Shown piece after piece: positions 1 to 9,121 of a DNA stretch of 55,738 nucleotides (within the stretch, counting starts at the first letter, position 1; each line of letters starts with the position of its first letter). Under the pieces are notes generated by a model that saw only the letters and a list, made by a program, of their open reading frames with translations, had not been told where the DNA came from and ran no database searches. The DNA comes from an uncultured Planctomycetales bacterium (lineage in GTDB: Bacteria > Omnitrophota > Gorgyraeia > Zapsychrales > JANLHA01), in assembly GCA_964595465.1 (NCBI GenBank), contig CAZQQI010000012.1:1-55738 (forward strand), written 5' to 3'. The translations under genes were made by a program, and so were the position numbers.

Positions 1-27
1 CTTTAATAACTCTTGTCCAAGAAGATG

Positions 28-56
28 TTTACAATTAAAACCCGGTATGATAGAAT
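28..56 (+). promoter_or_regulatory. sigma70-like promoter of the sugar ABC operon
   Basis: TTTACA-17 nt-TAGAAT with extended -10 TG. Confidence 0.45.
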
Positions 57-133
57 AATCGCTCATTATGATATGGTGTCCTGGATTGTCCTAGTTGTTT
101 AATACTGATTTGAGTGATATCAGGGAGGTAAAA

Positions 134-1429
134 ATGAACCGTATAGCTGCGATTTTCATGTGTGCCTGCGGGCTGGTTTTGGCCGGGTGCGGAGTAATGG
201 AAGAAGATCCGAATACGATCACTGTATGGCACTGGATGAACGACCGGCATGACGCCCTGGAAGAATTGGCGTCCCGTTATCAGCAGAAGACCGGGATCAC
301 GGTCAATTTTCAGTTATTTGCCCCTTCCGATGTTTATTCTCAGAAAATTACGGCAGCGGCCCAGGCGCGCATTCTGCCGGACATCTTTGGGATCCTGGAC
401 AAAAAATCCGTTGTCGGGGATTTTATCAACGCTGGTTTTGTAGCCAATCTTAAAGACGCCTATTCCGCCGACAACGACGCCTGGCACAAAAGGATATTCG
501 AAAAGGCATTGGTGCCTAATCATTTTGCTCCGGGAAACCCGTACGATGTTGAGCCGGGGTATTACGGAGTGCCTCTGGATGTTATGAATATTCAGATGGT
601 CTATAATAAAGATCTTCTGCAGCAGGCGGGAATCGAAAATCCACCGCAGACGTTTGATGCCTTTCTGCAGGCCGCGGAAAAACTTAAAGGCCTTAATGTG
701 ACGCCCTTTGTCACCGGCTGGGGTGAGCTCTGGCTGATCGATTGTTTCTCTTCAAATTATGCCTTTAATATCATGGGGAAAGAAAAGGTCATGGAGACCT
801 ACCGGGGAAATGTCGCTTATACCGACGAAGACTGGATCAAGGTTTTTACGATATTTCAGACCCTGGCCGGACAGGGCCTTGTTGATAATGATATTGTGAC
901 CAAATCCAATAAGTTCGCGGAGCAGGATTTTGCCCTGGAGCGGGCGGCGTTCGCTTTTAACGGTTCCTGGGGCGTTAATGTTTATCACGGTATGAATCCG
1001 GACCTGGACTATGGTGTTATGAGGCCGCCGCCGATCAGCCGGGAACATGAATTAAAGATCTGGGGCGGTCCGGGAGGATCATTTATGGTGAACGCCGCGT
1101 CCTCCCGTAAAACAAAGGCCATTGATTTCTTGAAATGGCTGACCGCAAAAGAACAGCAGGTCTACCTTTCTGAAGAGACCAAGAATCTTCCCGCCAACCG
1201 TCATGCTTTGGCCGACCTCCCTCCGGAGCTGGCGGAATTCGGTAAAGCGATGGATCAGACCACCCATCCTTCGATCTGGCCGGTAGAAGAAGACGCTTTG
1301 GTTAAAGAGAAGTTCACTAAGGGGATCCAGTCCATTCTGATCGGAGAGAGGACCCCGGAAGATGTGGCTCAAGAGGTCCAGCGGGTGAAAGAACGTCAAA
1401 TGGGGCGGGCCGAGCGCCGCGCACGATAA
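134..1429 (+). CDS. sugar ABC transporter substrate-binding lipoprotein
   Basis: GGAGG RBS before ATG134; lipobox LAGC; CUT1 SBP-like motifs (LPDIF, YYGVP, YNKDLL, KAIDFLKWLT); followed by two permeases. Confidence 0.9.
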   Translation: MNRIAAIFMCACGLVLAGCGVMEEDPNTITVWHWMNDRHDALEELASRYQQKTGITVNFQLFAPSDVYSQKITAAAQARILPDIFGILDKKSVVGDFINAGFVANLKDAYSADNDAWHKRIFEKALVPNHFAPGNPYDVEPGYYGVPLDVMNIQMVYNKDLLQQAGIENPPQTFDAFLQAAEKLKGLNVTPFVTGWGELWLIDCFSSNYAFNIMGKEKVMETYRGNVAYTDEDWIKVFTIFQTLAGQGLVDNDIVTKSNKFAEQDFALERAAFAFNGSWGVNVYHGMNPDLDYGVMRPPPISREHELKIWGGPGGSFMVNAASSRKTKAIDFLKWLTAKEQQVYLSEETKNLPANRHALADLPPELAEFGKAMDQTTHPSIWPVEEDALVKEKFTKGIQSILIGERTPEDVAQEVQRVKERQMGRAERRAR

Positions 1430-1451
1430 ATTGGCCGTAAGGAGATCGAGC

Positions 1452-2378
1452 ATGAACGGGGTTAAAGCCAGAACAAGTTCCTTCTATCTGCATCTGGATA
1501 GATTCACCAGTTTCCTTTTTGTCTTTCCTGCCATTATTATCTTTGCTGTATTTTACATATATCCGTTTTTCGAGACATTCAATCTGGCTCTCAGGGAGTG
1601 GAACGGGATCAGTCTGGCCCGTCCGTTTGTCGGTCTGCAGAATTTTATGGACCTGGCGACGGATAAGATCTGGTGGCAGTCGGTCTGGCACGCTTTTTTC
1701 ATTACGTTGTTCGCGCTGACGATCCAGAACGCTCTGGCCTTTATGCTGGCGATGGCCTGTGACCGGGAGATCCGGGCCAAGAATTTTTACCGCGTGGTCT
1801 TTTTTATTCCTCCTGTCTTGTCAGAAGTTGTGGTCGGGCTGGTCTGGAAATGGATCCTTGACGGGCGGATGCAGGGCGGACAATATTTCGGATTATTGAA
1901 TCATTTTCTGGACGCAGTGGGTCTGGACGCCCTGGTCAACAATTGGCTGTCCGATCCGCAGACTGCCTTGACCTGTATCGCAGTGGTCCACAGCTGGAAA
2001 GGGTTCGGCTGGGGGTTTATCATGTTTCTGGCCGGTCTGCAGACCATTGACCGCCAGCTGTACGAAGCGGCCCGCGTGGACGGAGCCGGAGCCTGGAGGA
2101 CGTTCTGGAATGTGACCGTTCCCATGATGCTTCCGGTTATTGTGGTGGTTGTCATTTTGACGATTCTGGGTTCGATGCAGGCGTTTGTTCTGGTTTTATC
2201 GATGACCAACGGCGGGCCGGGATATCACACGGAGGTTCCGGTGACCCGGATTTTGGCCGCTATGACCGGGACCAAAGAGTATGGTCTGGCCTGCGCGATG
2301 GGGGTAACCTTTGGTGCGATCCTGATCGTGATGTCCGGGACGCTCAAGAAGATAGAAGGTAAGATCAAAGGCTCGTAA
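1452..2378 (+). CDS. carbohydrate ABC transporter permease (MalF/UgpA-like)
   Basis: FVGLQNF, EAA loop LYEAARVDGAGAWRTFWNVTVP; AAGGAG RBS before ATG1452. Confidence 0.92.
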   Translation: MNGVKARTSSFYLHLDRFTSFLFVFPAIIIFAVFYIYPFFETFNLALREWNGISLARPFVGLQNFMDLATDKIWWQSVWHAFFITLFALTIQNALAFMLAMACDREIRAKNFYRVVFFIPPVLSEVVVGLVWKWILDGRMQGGQYFGLLNHFLDAVGLDALVNNWLSDPQTALTCIAVVHSWKGFGWGFIMFLAGLQTIDRQLYEAARVDGAGAWRTFWNVTVPMMLPVIVVVVILTILGSMQAFVLVLSMTNGGPGYHTEVPVTRILAAMTGTKEYGLACAMGVTFGAILIVMSGTLKKIEGKIKGS

Positions 2379-2399
2379 TAGACCAAGAAAGGTGATCCG

Positions 2400-3275
2400 A
2401 TGCGGTTCAATAAATATATTGCCATCAGGTGGAGTAAGGCGACAATTCTGCATATCTGCCTGCTGGTCGTGACCCTGACCTGTTTGTTTCCGCTTTTCTG
2501 GATGCTTCGTTCATCTTTTATGACCCAGGAAACGATCTTTACGGACATGACCCTGCTCCCGGCCAAGCTTAATCTGGAAAATTATATCCGGGCCTGGACC
2601 GAAGGAAAATTCAATCTTTATCTGCTGAACAGTGTGATCTATACGACCTTTGTTGTCGGCGGAATTGTATTGATCGCCTCCTGGGCCGCTTACGCCTTTT
2701 CCCGGCTGAATTTCCCTGGGAAGAACATTTTTTTCGTGATGTTTATTCTGGCCATGATGATCCCCCTGCCGGGAAGCTTTGTTCCGCTGACCGTTATGAT
2801 GACCAAGCTGGGCTTCATTAATTCCTCTTATACCTGGGTGCGTCAGCTGGGGTATATTTTCTGTATGATCAATGTCGGCCTGTCGTTGAGCATTATCTTG
2901 CTGAAGACATTTTTTGATCAGATGCCGCCGGACCTGGAAGACGCCGCCCGCATCGACGGTTGTAATAAGATGGGTATCTGGCGTCATGTGGCGCTTCCCC
3001 TGGCCCGGCCGGCGATCGCCGTGATCGTGATCTTCAACGCCCTGAATGTCTGGAACGAATATATTCTGGCTATGCTTTTGTTAAATGATATCCCGGGCAA
3101 ACCCACCATTATGCCCCTGCAGAGAGGCGTGATGGTTTTTGCTAACGCTAATAATGTTGATTATCCGCTGCTGATGGCCGGTCTTACGATCGCGGTTATT
3201 CCGATCGTACTCGTTTATCTGGTCATGCAGAAACATATTATCAAAGGCCTTGCCGCAGGTGCGGTCAAGGGATAA
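2400..3275 (+). CDS. carbohydrate ABC transporter permease (MalG/UgpE-like)
   Basis: AAYAFSRLNFPGK, EAA loop LEDAARIDGC, WNEY motif. Confidence 0.92.
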   Translation: MRFNKYIAIRWSKATILHICLLVVTLTCLFPLFWMLRSSFMTQETIFTDMTLLPAKLNLENYIRAWTEGKFNLYLLNSVIYTTFVVGGIVLIASWAAYAFSRLNFPGKNIFFVMFILAMMIPLPGSFVPLTVMMTKLGFINSSYTWVRQLGYIFCMINVGLSLSIILLKTFFDQMPPDLEDAARIDGCNKMGIWRHVALPLARPAIAVIVIFNALNVWNEYILAMLLLNDIPGKPTIMPLQRGVMVFANANNVDYPLLMAGLTIAVIPIVLVYLVMQKHIIKGLAAGAVKG

Positions 3276-3295
3276 AAAACAAGGAGTTGTCTGTT

Positions 3296-5761
3296 TTGAG
3301 AAAAAATACGTATTTTTTTGTTTTTTGTATTTTAGCAACCATTAGTTTTCTTCCCTTTGTGAATGCCCAAGAAATTTCAGAAGAGAAGCCTGATCGCGCG
3401 GTCGGTGCTGTTATCAATGAGGAGATCCCTGCCGGGGTGCCTCAGCCGGACCCGATTTTACTGCCAGGCGAAGAGCAGGCCGATCCTGAAGTTCCTGAGT
3501 CGGTTAGAGAGCCGGACATTGATCCAGACGCTCCCGACTCGGCAGCCTGTGTTCAGCAGGCCTGGGAACTATCCAACCAGGGAAAACTGGAAGAGCTTAA
3601 CGATCTGGTGGAGGAATGCTTGAAATATTACAAGGAGGCTGCCTTGGTTCAGCAGAAAGGCCTGGAGGATTTTCCTACGGTCACTCAGCGGGCTGAATAT
3701 CAGATCCTGAATGACGTGGGCACGATCCTGTTTATCCGCGCCGAGGCCCTGATGAATTACGGCCGCACGGAAGAAGCTGTGAAGAGGTTTGAAGAGATTA
3801 TTGAGCAATTTCCCTGGGCCCAGGCCTGGGACCCCAGAGGATGGTTCTGGTCGGTCAAGGAAAAAAGTCAGGACAGTATCAAAGTGATCAAAGGTATTGT
3901 TGATGATGATGCGGTGGAGGATCTTCCCAAGCTGGAGCGCACGACCCCGACATTGGCTTTTCCTGGGACAGAAAATGTTGTCAATTACCAAGAATACGGC
4001 GAATTTAAAGGTGTTGGGACGCAGAACTATGAATATCAGGCAAATGATCCCGAGGCGCTTTCGAACGCCGTCGGCCAAGGGATCTATCCGAATACTTCGG
4101 CTGTATACCGTGACCCGCGTTATCAGGAATTGAAAGAAAGCGGGCGGTTTGACGGCCTCAGCCATTGGGATTATGTTCACAGCAATGACCTGGAAACGGC
4201 GTTCTATCTCTGGGCGACAGCCAGGGAGCCTTGGGGCGTTAAACAGTTTTATATTGCCCAGATCTTTGAAAAGGCCGAGATGTATTATGAAGCGTTAAAG
4301 GCCTATCATGCTATTGTCGTTCATTTTCCTCAAACCGTGGCCTGGACCTATTGGCAGACCCCCTGGTATCCCGCTCAGGCCGCTATTGCTAAGATCGAAC
4401 ACCTGATACGCTTTCATCCCGAACTCAATCTCGGTGTCAAATGGATGAGTTTGCGGGTCAAGAATGGGTTTGATAATGATGTCAGCAATGATATCATGAT
4501 CACTTATCCCGGCGTGATCTATGAACGCAATTGGTGGGAAGACTTAAAAGAAAGCGTGCAGGACTGGATCGATAAAGAGGAATTGGGTGATCCGGTCAGA
4601 ACGCTGGGCGAGGGAGAGGTCCGTCTGGTACAGTATGAGAACGGACACTGGCAGATGCTGGTCGACGGTGAGCCGTATGTGATCCACGGGATCACCTACG
4701 CCCCGACTAAGATCGGACAAAGTCCGGATAAAGGGACTTTGGTATCCTGGATGCGTGAGGATACGAATGAGAACGGCCTCCCTGACGGTCCGTATGACGC
4801 CTGGGTTGATGCCAATAGAAATAATGAGCAGGATGCTGATGAGCCGGTGGTCGGTGATTTTCAGTTAATGGTGGACATGGGCGTGAACACGATCCGTGAG
4901 TATCACCAGCCTTTTCATCCGAGCAAAGAGGTGCTGCGCAAGATGTACGATGAATACGGCATCCGCGTGATCATGGGGGATTTTCTTGGGAAATATACTC
5001 TTGGTTCCGGCGCGACCTGGTTTGAAGGTACGGATTACGAAAATCCCGAACACCAGAAAAATATGATGGATTCTGTGCGGCGCATGGTCGAAGAGTTTAA
5101 AGATGAGCCGTATATCTTAATGTGGCTGTTGGGAAATGAAAACAATTACGGTGTGGCCTCTAATGCTGACCAAAAACCAGAGGCGTATTTTAAATTCGCC
5201 AACCGGGTGGCCAAGATGATCAAGGAGATCGACCCGGATCATCCAGTGGCCTTATGTAATGGAGATACCCTTTACCTCGACATATTCGGTAAGCATGCCC
5301 CTGATATTGATATCTTTTCGGCCAATGTTTACCGGGGAGATTATGGTTTTGGAGCATACTGGGAACAGGTGAAGGACGCCGCGGACAGACCGGCTTTTAT
5401 CACGGAATACGGGGCCCCGGCCTTTGCCCGTCATCTGACGCTGAAAGAGGCGGAGGAAGCTCAGGCGCTGTATCACCGCGGGAACTGGCTGGATATCGAA
5501 GCGAATATGGCCGGGAAGAAAGACAGCGTGGGCAATGCCCTGGGCGGTGTGGTATTCGAATGGACCGATGAATGGTGGAAGAATTATGAGCCGTTTTATC
5601 ATGACAAACGTTCTGACGCTATAGGGCCGTTTCCCGGAGGATATTATTATGAAGAATGGTTCGGGATCACCAGTCAGGGCAAGGGACGTCATAGCCCCTT
5701 CATGCGGCAGCTGCGGGATGCCTATTTCGCCTATCAGGAAATGTGGAACGCAGAGGACTAA
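3296..5761 (+). CDS. secreted clan GH-A glycoside hydrolase (GH2-like TIM barrel) with N-terminal TPR-like region
   Basis: Signal peptide; MGVNTIR, WLLGNE (acid/base), ITEYG (nucleophile), FEWTDEWWK. TTG3296 fits the AAGGAG spacing better than 3287. Confidence 0.7.
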   Translation: MRKNTYFFVFCILATISFLPFVNAQEISEEKPDRAVGAVINEEIPAGVPQPDPILLPGEEQADPEVPESVREPDIDPDAPDSAACVQQAWELSNQGKLEELNDLVEECLKYYKEAALVQQKGLEDFPTVTQRAEYQILNDVGTILFIRAEALMNYGRTEEAVKRFEEIIEQFPWAQAWDPRGWFWSVKEKSQDSIKVIKGIVDDDAVEDLPKLERTTPTLAFPGTENVVNYQEYGEFKGVGTQNYEYQANDPEALSNAVGQGIYPNTSAVYRDPRYQELKESGRFDGLSHWDYVHSNDLETAFYLWATAREPWGVKQFYIAQIFEKAEMYYEALKAYHAIVVHFPQTVAWTYWQTPWYPAQAAIAKIEHLIRFHPELNLGVKWMSLRVKNGFDNDVSNDIMITYPGVIYERNWWEDLKESVQDWIDKEELGDPVRTLGEGEVRLVQYENGHWQMLVDGEPYVIHGITYAPTKIGQSPDKGTLVSWMREDTNENGLPDGPYDAWVDANRNNEQDADEPVVGDFQLMVDMGVNTIREYHQPFHPSKEVLRKMYDEYGIRVIMGDFLGKYTLGSGATWFEGTDYENPEHQKNMMDSVRRMVEEFKDEPYILMWLLGNENNYGVASNADQKPEAYFKFANRVAKMIKEIDPDHPVALCNGDTLYLDIFGKHAPDIDIFSANVYRGDYGFGAYWEQVKDAADRPAFITEYGAPAFARHLTLKEAEEAQALYHRGNWLDIEANMAGKKDSVGNALGGVVFEWTDEWWKNYEPFYHDKRSDAIGPFPGGYYYEEWFGITSQGKGRHSPFMRQLRDAYFAYQEMWNAED

Positions 5762-5784
5762 TCCGCTTCATTAACAAGGCGGAC

Positions 5785-5814
5785 TTGCAAAACGGTTCGT
5801 TCAAATGGTATACT
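5785..5814 (+). promoter_or_regulatory. sigma70-like promoter
   Basis: TTGCAA-18 nt-TATACT with extended -10 TG. Confidence 0.4.
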
Positions 5815-5899
5815 TATATAAGTATTACAGACGCAAAGATACAGTTATAGGTGCTTTGAGTCGATTTTGGATCAAATTCACAAAAGAGGAGGTTGTTGC

Positions 5900-6751
5900 A
5901 TGAGAAAATGGATGAGGGGAATTTTAGCCGGGCTCATGGCAGTTGCTATGATTTGTCCGGTTGCCAGCGCGTATAATTTCGGGGACTACCGGTCATCGAC
6001 ACTGGTTAGCAAAGCCTGGGAGGCCTTGAATGACAAGGATCTGGACGCTGTTCTGGCCTACACGAATAAATGTATTGAACTGTATGAATCAAAGGCCAAG
6101 GAAATGCAGGCCGGTCTTGAAGAATATCCTGCAGGTGATAAAGATGAGGTTTTCGCTTATTGGGCCCTGAATGATGTTGCCACGGCTTATTATATTCAGG
6201 GTGAAGCTTATCGTCAGGGTGGAATGGAAGAAGAGGCCCAAGAGGCTTATCAAAAGGTTGTGAATGAGTTTACCTATGGACAGTGCTGGGATAATGGCGG
6301 ATGGTTTTGGAAGCCGGCAGAAGCAGCAAAAGAAAAATTGGCTATGCTGGAATCCGGGACAGAGGTCGACTTTGGAGATTATTCTTCATCAACCTTAACT
6401 GCTAAGGCCTGGCAGGCATTGAACGCCGGTGATTTCGATGCGGTCAAGGCCTATGTGGATAAGACCCGCGAATTGTACGCGGAAAAGGCAAAAGAGATGG
6501 AAGCGTCATTGACCGAATATCCCTGGGAATCCAAGGAAGAGGTCTTTGAATACTGGGCACTGAACGATGTGGGAACAGCTTTATTCATTCTCGGAGAAGC
6601 CTACCGCAAATCCGGGGAGATCGAAGAAGCCAAAGAAGCGTACCAGACACTGATCGATGAATATCATTATGCGCAGTGCTGGGACCCGCAGGGCTGGTTC
6701 TGGAAACCGGCCGAAGCGGCCGCGGAAAAGCTGGCTGTTCTGGAAGACTGA
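5900..6751 (+). CDS. secreted TPR-like protein made of two 131-aa repeats
   Basis: GGAGG RBS; signal peptide ending ASA; FGDY.SSTL..KAW...WALNDV...QCWD..GWFWKPAEAA occurs twice. Confidence 0.85.
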   Translation: MRKWMRGILAGLMAVAMICPVASAYNFGDYRSSTLVSKAWEALNDKDLDAVLAYTNKCIELYESKAKEMQAGLEEYPAGDKDEVFAYWALNDVATAYYIQGEAYRQGGMEEEAQEAYQKVVNEFTYGQCWDNGGWFWKPAEAAKEKLAMLESGTEVDFGDYSSSTLTAKAWQALNAGDFDAVKAYVDKTRELYAEKAKEMEASLTEYPWESKEEVFEYWALNDVGTALFILGEAYRKSGEIEEAKEAYQTLIDEYHYAQCWDPQGWFWKPAEAAAEKLAVLED

Positions 6752-6780
6752 TTGACTTCAGCATGAAAACTGTTAGGATG

Positions 6781-6816
6781 GGAATCCTCGAGCACCAGCT
6801 TGGGGATTCCTTTTTT
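6781..6816 (+). terminator. intrinsic terminator
   Basis: GGAATCCTCGAGC-ACCA-GCTTGGGGATTCC followed by a T run. Confidence 0.75.
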
Positions 6817-6858
6817 CTGATCCCCCGAGCAATATTAAAGAAAAATTAAGAGAAAGGT

Positions 6859-7491
6859 ATGACAATGATGTATTGGTCTGTTGGTTTATTGAGTCTAATT
6901 CTGGTCTGTTCAGCTTGCGGACAAAAGCCGTCTGTCCCTGAAGCCGGCATGTCCGAACAGGAGGAGTCGTCCTTTGATCCGTTCATTGTTTATGATGATA
7001 AGGGGTCGCCGGAGAATCACTTTGTTCCGTCGGGGTTTATGCCGACCGGAGAGTGTATTTCTTTTAATGACCGCTGGCAGGAAAACTGCTATGACGGAGA
7101 GACCTGTATCAAGATCATTTATGACGGCGAGTGCTCGAAGAATGGCCAGCAATGGGCCGGAGTTTACTGGCTTAACCCGGCGAATAATTGGGGGTCCCGT
7201 GAGGGCGGCTTTAATCTCGAAGGCGCGCAGGCGCTGACTTTCTGGGCCCGCGGCGAGAAAGGCGGCGAACGTATCGAAGAGTTTCTGGTCGGCGGAGTGA
7301 CCGGAGATTATCCTGACACGGATTCGGCTATGATCGGTCCGGTTGTTCTTACGGACGAATGGAAGCAGTATAAGGTCGACCTGCGCGGCAAAGATCTATC
7401 GTATATCAGCGGCGGGTTCGCCTGGACGACCAATGTTAAGGTCAATCCCAACGGTGCAACGTTTTATCTGGATAAAATACAGTATGAATAG
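6859..7491 (+). CDS. lipoprotein with carbohydrate-binding (galactose-binding-like/CBM11-like) beta-sandwich domain
   Basis: Lipobox CSAC; WAGVYW, LTFWARGEKGGE, LTDEWKQYKVDL, FYLDKIQYE are typical of CBM-like modules. Confidence 0.6.
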   Translation: MTMMYWSVGLLSLILVCSACGQKPSVPEAGMSEQEESSFDPFIVYDDKGSPENHFVPSGFMPTGECISFNDRWQENCYDGETCIKIIYDGECSKNGQQWAGVYWLNPANNWGSREGGFNLEGAQALTFWARGEKGGERIEEFLVGGVTGDYPDTDSAMIGPVVLTDEWKQYKVDLRGKDLSYISGGFAWTTNVKVNPNGATFYLDKIQYE

Positions 7492-7516
7492 TTTCGGCGG
7501 TCTGGCGGTATTATTT

Positions 7517-7560
7517 CAGAAAGAAGGCCGGCAGAATCAGCCGGCCTTCTTTCTGTTTTC
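7517..7560 (+). terminator. intrinsic terminator, possibly bidirectional
   Basis: 16-bp perfect stem CAGAAAGAAGGCCGGC / GCCGGCCTTCTTTCTG followed by T-rich tail. Confidence 0.75.
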
Positions 7561-7748
7561 CGCGCGCTTTAAATCCTTGTCCTGCATAAATTTATTACAT
7601 TTTCTCTTGTCTTGAAAATCATCCTTTGATATAGTCATAATAGTTATACATAACATGGATATGCTGAAGGCCGTGTTTGTATTTTTTTGGCTGCTGATCC
7701 GTCGAGATTCTTACGGCAGCCGAACCGCAAAAAGGAGATGTTCCGTCT

Positions 7749-9047
7749 ATGTCCAAGAATGCTAAATTGATCATAGCGCTTACTGGTATTGTGCTGTTGG
7801 TTGTGTTGGGTCTTTTATTTTTTGTGATCATGCAGAAGCAGCAGGCAGAAACCACGGCCTCTTCTCTGCAGGAGCAGATCGAGGATTACAGCCAGCGGGA
7901 AAAGACCTATATTCTGGAAAACAAAAAGATCAAGGATCAGATCGCAGAGATCGAACAGGCTAAGGCGGAACTGGAAGAGGAGCTGGCGGCATTTGAAGGT
8001 GTTGATATCAACGCACTTCAGGTCAAGGTGAAGACGTTAACCGAACAGAAGGAAGAATGGCAGCAGAAGGTGGAGTCCTTAAAACAGCAGAGAGAAGACC
8101 TAGTCGCTAAGCTCGAAGAAAAACCGGAAGAAAAAATTGTCTATAAATATGTGGAATCACGGGAACAGATCCCGGAAGGAGCTTCTTTTGAAAAAGAGGA
8201 ATCCCCGGAAGGGTCAGCGGTTTCTAAACGGGAAGCGGTGAAACCTTTAAATGAGAACGAAGATTTTTATTGGGCTCAGGTCCTGAAAGAAAAGACCGCT
8301 TTGCAGCTGCAAGTTGAAAAGCTTGAAAATGAACTTAATCAAAAGACTGTCAAAGTCACGGAATTGAAAAAGGCTAACAGTGATCTTCAGTTGGAATTGA
8401 GTGATATGATCAACCGGAAAGAAGAGATCGTGCGCAAGATCAAGCACGGGCATGATCTCTCGGATAGCCTGTCTTTAGAATTGGCCCGCGCCCAGAATGA
8501 TAAAAAATTTCTGAACGATCGTTTGGTCAAGATTAATCAAGAGAATGACGGCCTGCGTGAGCAGATCAAGAAACTGACATCCACTAAGATCGCACTGGAG
8601 AAGACCATCGTGCGGATTCAGGATGAAAAGCAGGACGTGGAGAAAAAATTGCATGAGACCGAGAATGTTATCCAAAGCCGCATCGACGAGATCTGGGATA
8701 TTAAAAAGAGCCTGGATCAGACCTTGTCATCAAACGCGCCGGTTGACGGGCAGGTTGAACTGCCGCCGATCGTGGTCTCTGATGCTGATTCTCCGGAAGA
8801 TATGGAACGGCAGGCCGACGCCGGGGCCGTCCGTAACGGTAATGTGGTATCTATTAATCCGGACAACAATTTTGTCATCGTCGACCTTGGCCAGGAAGAG
8901 GGTGTTGAGTTGGGAGACTCCCTTAATGTTTACCGCGGAGCTGAATATGTGGCCGGATTGGAAGTTATTCAGGTGCGTGAAGGGATTGCGGCCGCGGATA
9001 TCGTGAGTAAAGACGCCAAGATTCAGATAGGTGATGCTGTTCGTTGA
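7749..9047 (+). CDS. membrane-anchored long coiled-coil protein with C-terminal beta domain (FlgT C-terminal-like)
   Basis: AAGGAG RBS; N-terminal TM helix; heptad-rich E/K/Q region; C-terminal FVIVDLGQEEGVELGDSLNVYRG. Confidence 0.7.
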   Translation: MSKNAKLIIALTGIVLLVVLGLLFFVIMQKQQAETTASSLQEQIEDYSQREKTYILENKKIKDQIAEIEQAKAELEEELAAFEGVDINALQVKVKTLTEQKEEWQQKVESLKQQREDLVAKLEEKPEEKIVYKYVESREQIPEGASFEKEESPEGSAVSKREAVKPLNENEDFYWAQVLKEKTALQLQVEKLENELNQKTVKVTELKKANSDLQLELSDMINRKEEIVRKIKHGHDLSDSLSLELARAQNDKKFLNDRLVKINQENDGLREQIKKLTSTKIALEKTIVRIQDEKQDVEKKLHETENVIQSRIDEIWDIKKSLDQTLSSNAPVDGQVELPPIVVSDADSPEDMERQADAGAVRNGNVVSINPDNNFVIVDLGQEEGVELGDSLNVYRGAEYVAGLEVIQVREGIAAADIVSKDAKIQIGDAVR

Positions 9048-9070
9048 GTGTGATGATACGGTTTTTTTCG

Positions 9071-9105
9071 GCCTCACTGCGGGATCTGCAGTGAGGCTTT
9101 ATTTT
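9071..9105 (+). terminator. intrinsic terminator
   Basis: GCCTCACTGC-7 nt-GCAGTGAGGC followed by TTTATTTT. Confidence 0.7.
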
Positions 9106-9121
9106 CGAAAGGATCAGAGAT

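Noticed and set aside
5785-5805. LacI operator overlapping the promoter (TGCAAAACGGTTCG)
   Set aside because: Palindrome too imperfect, and no matching second copy seen upstream of the ABC operon
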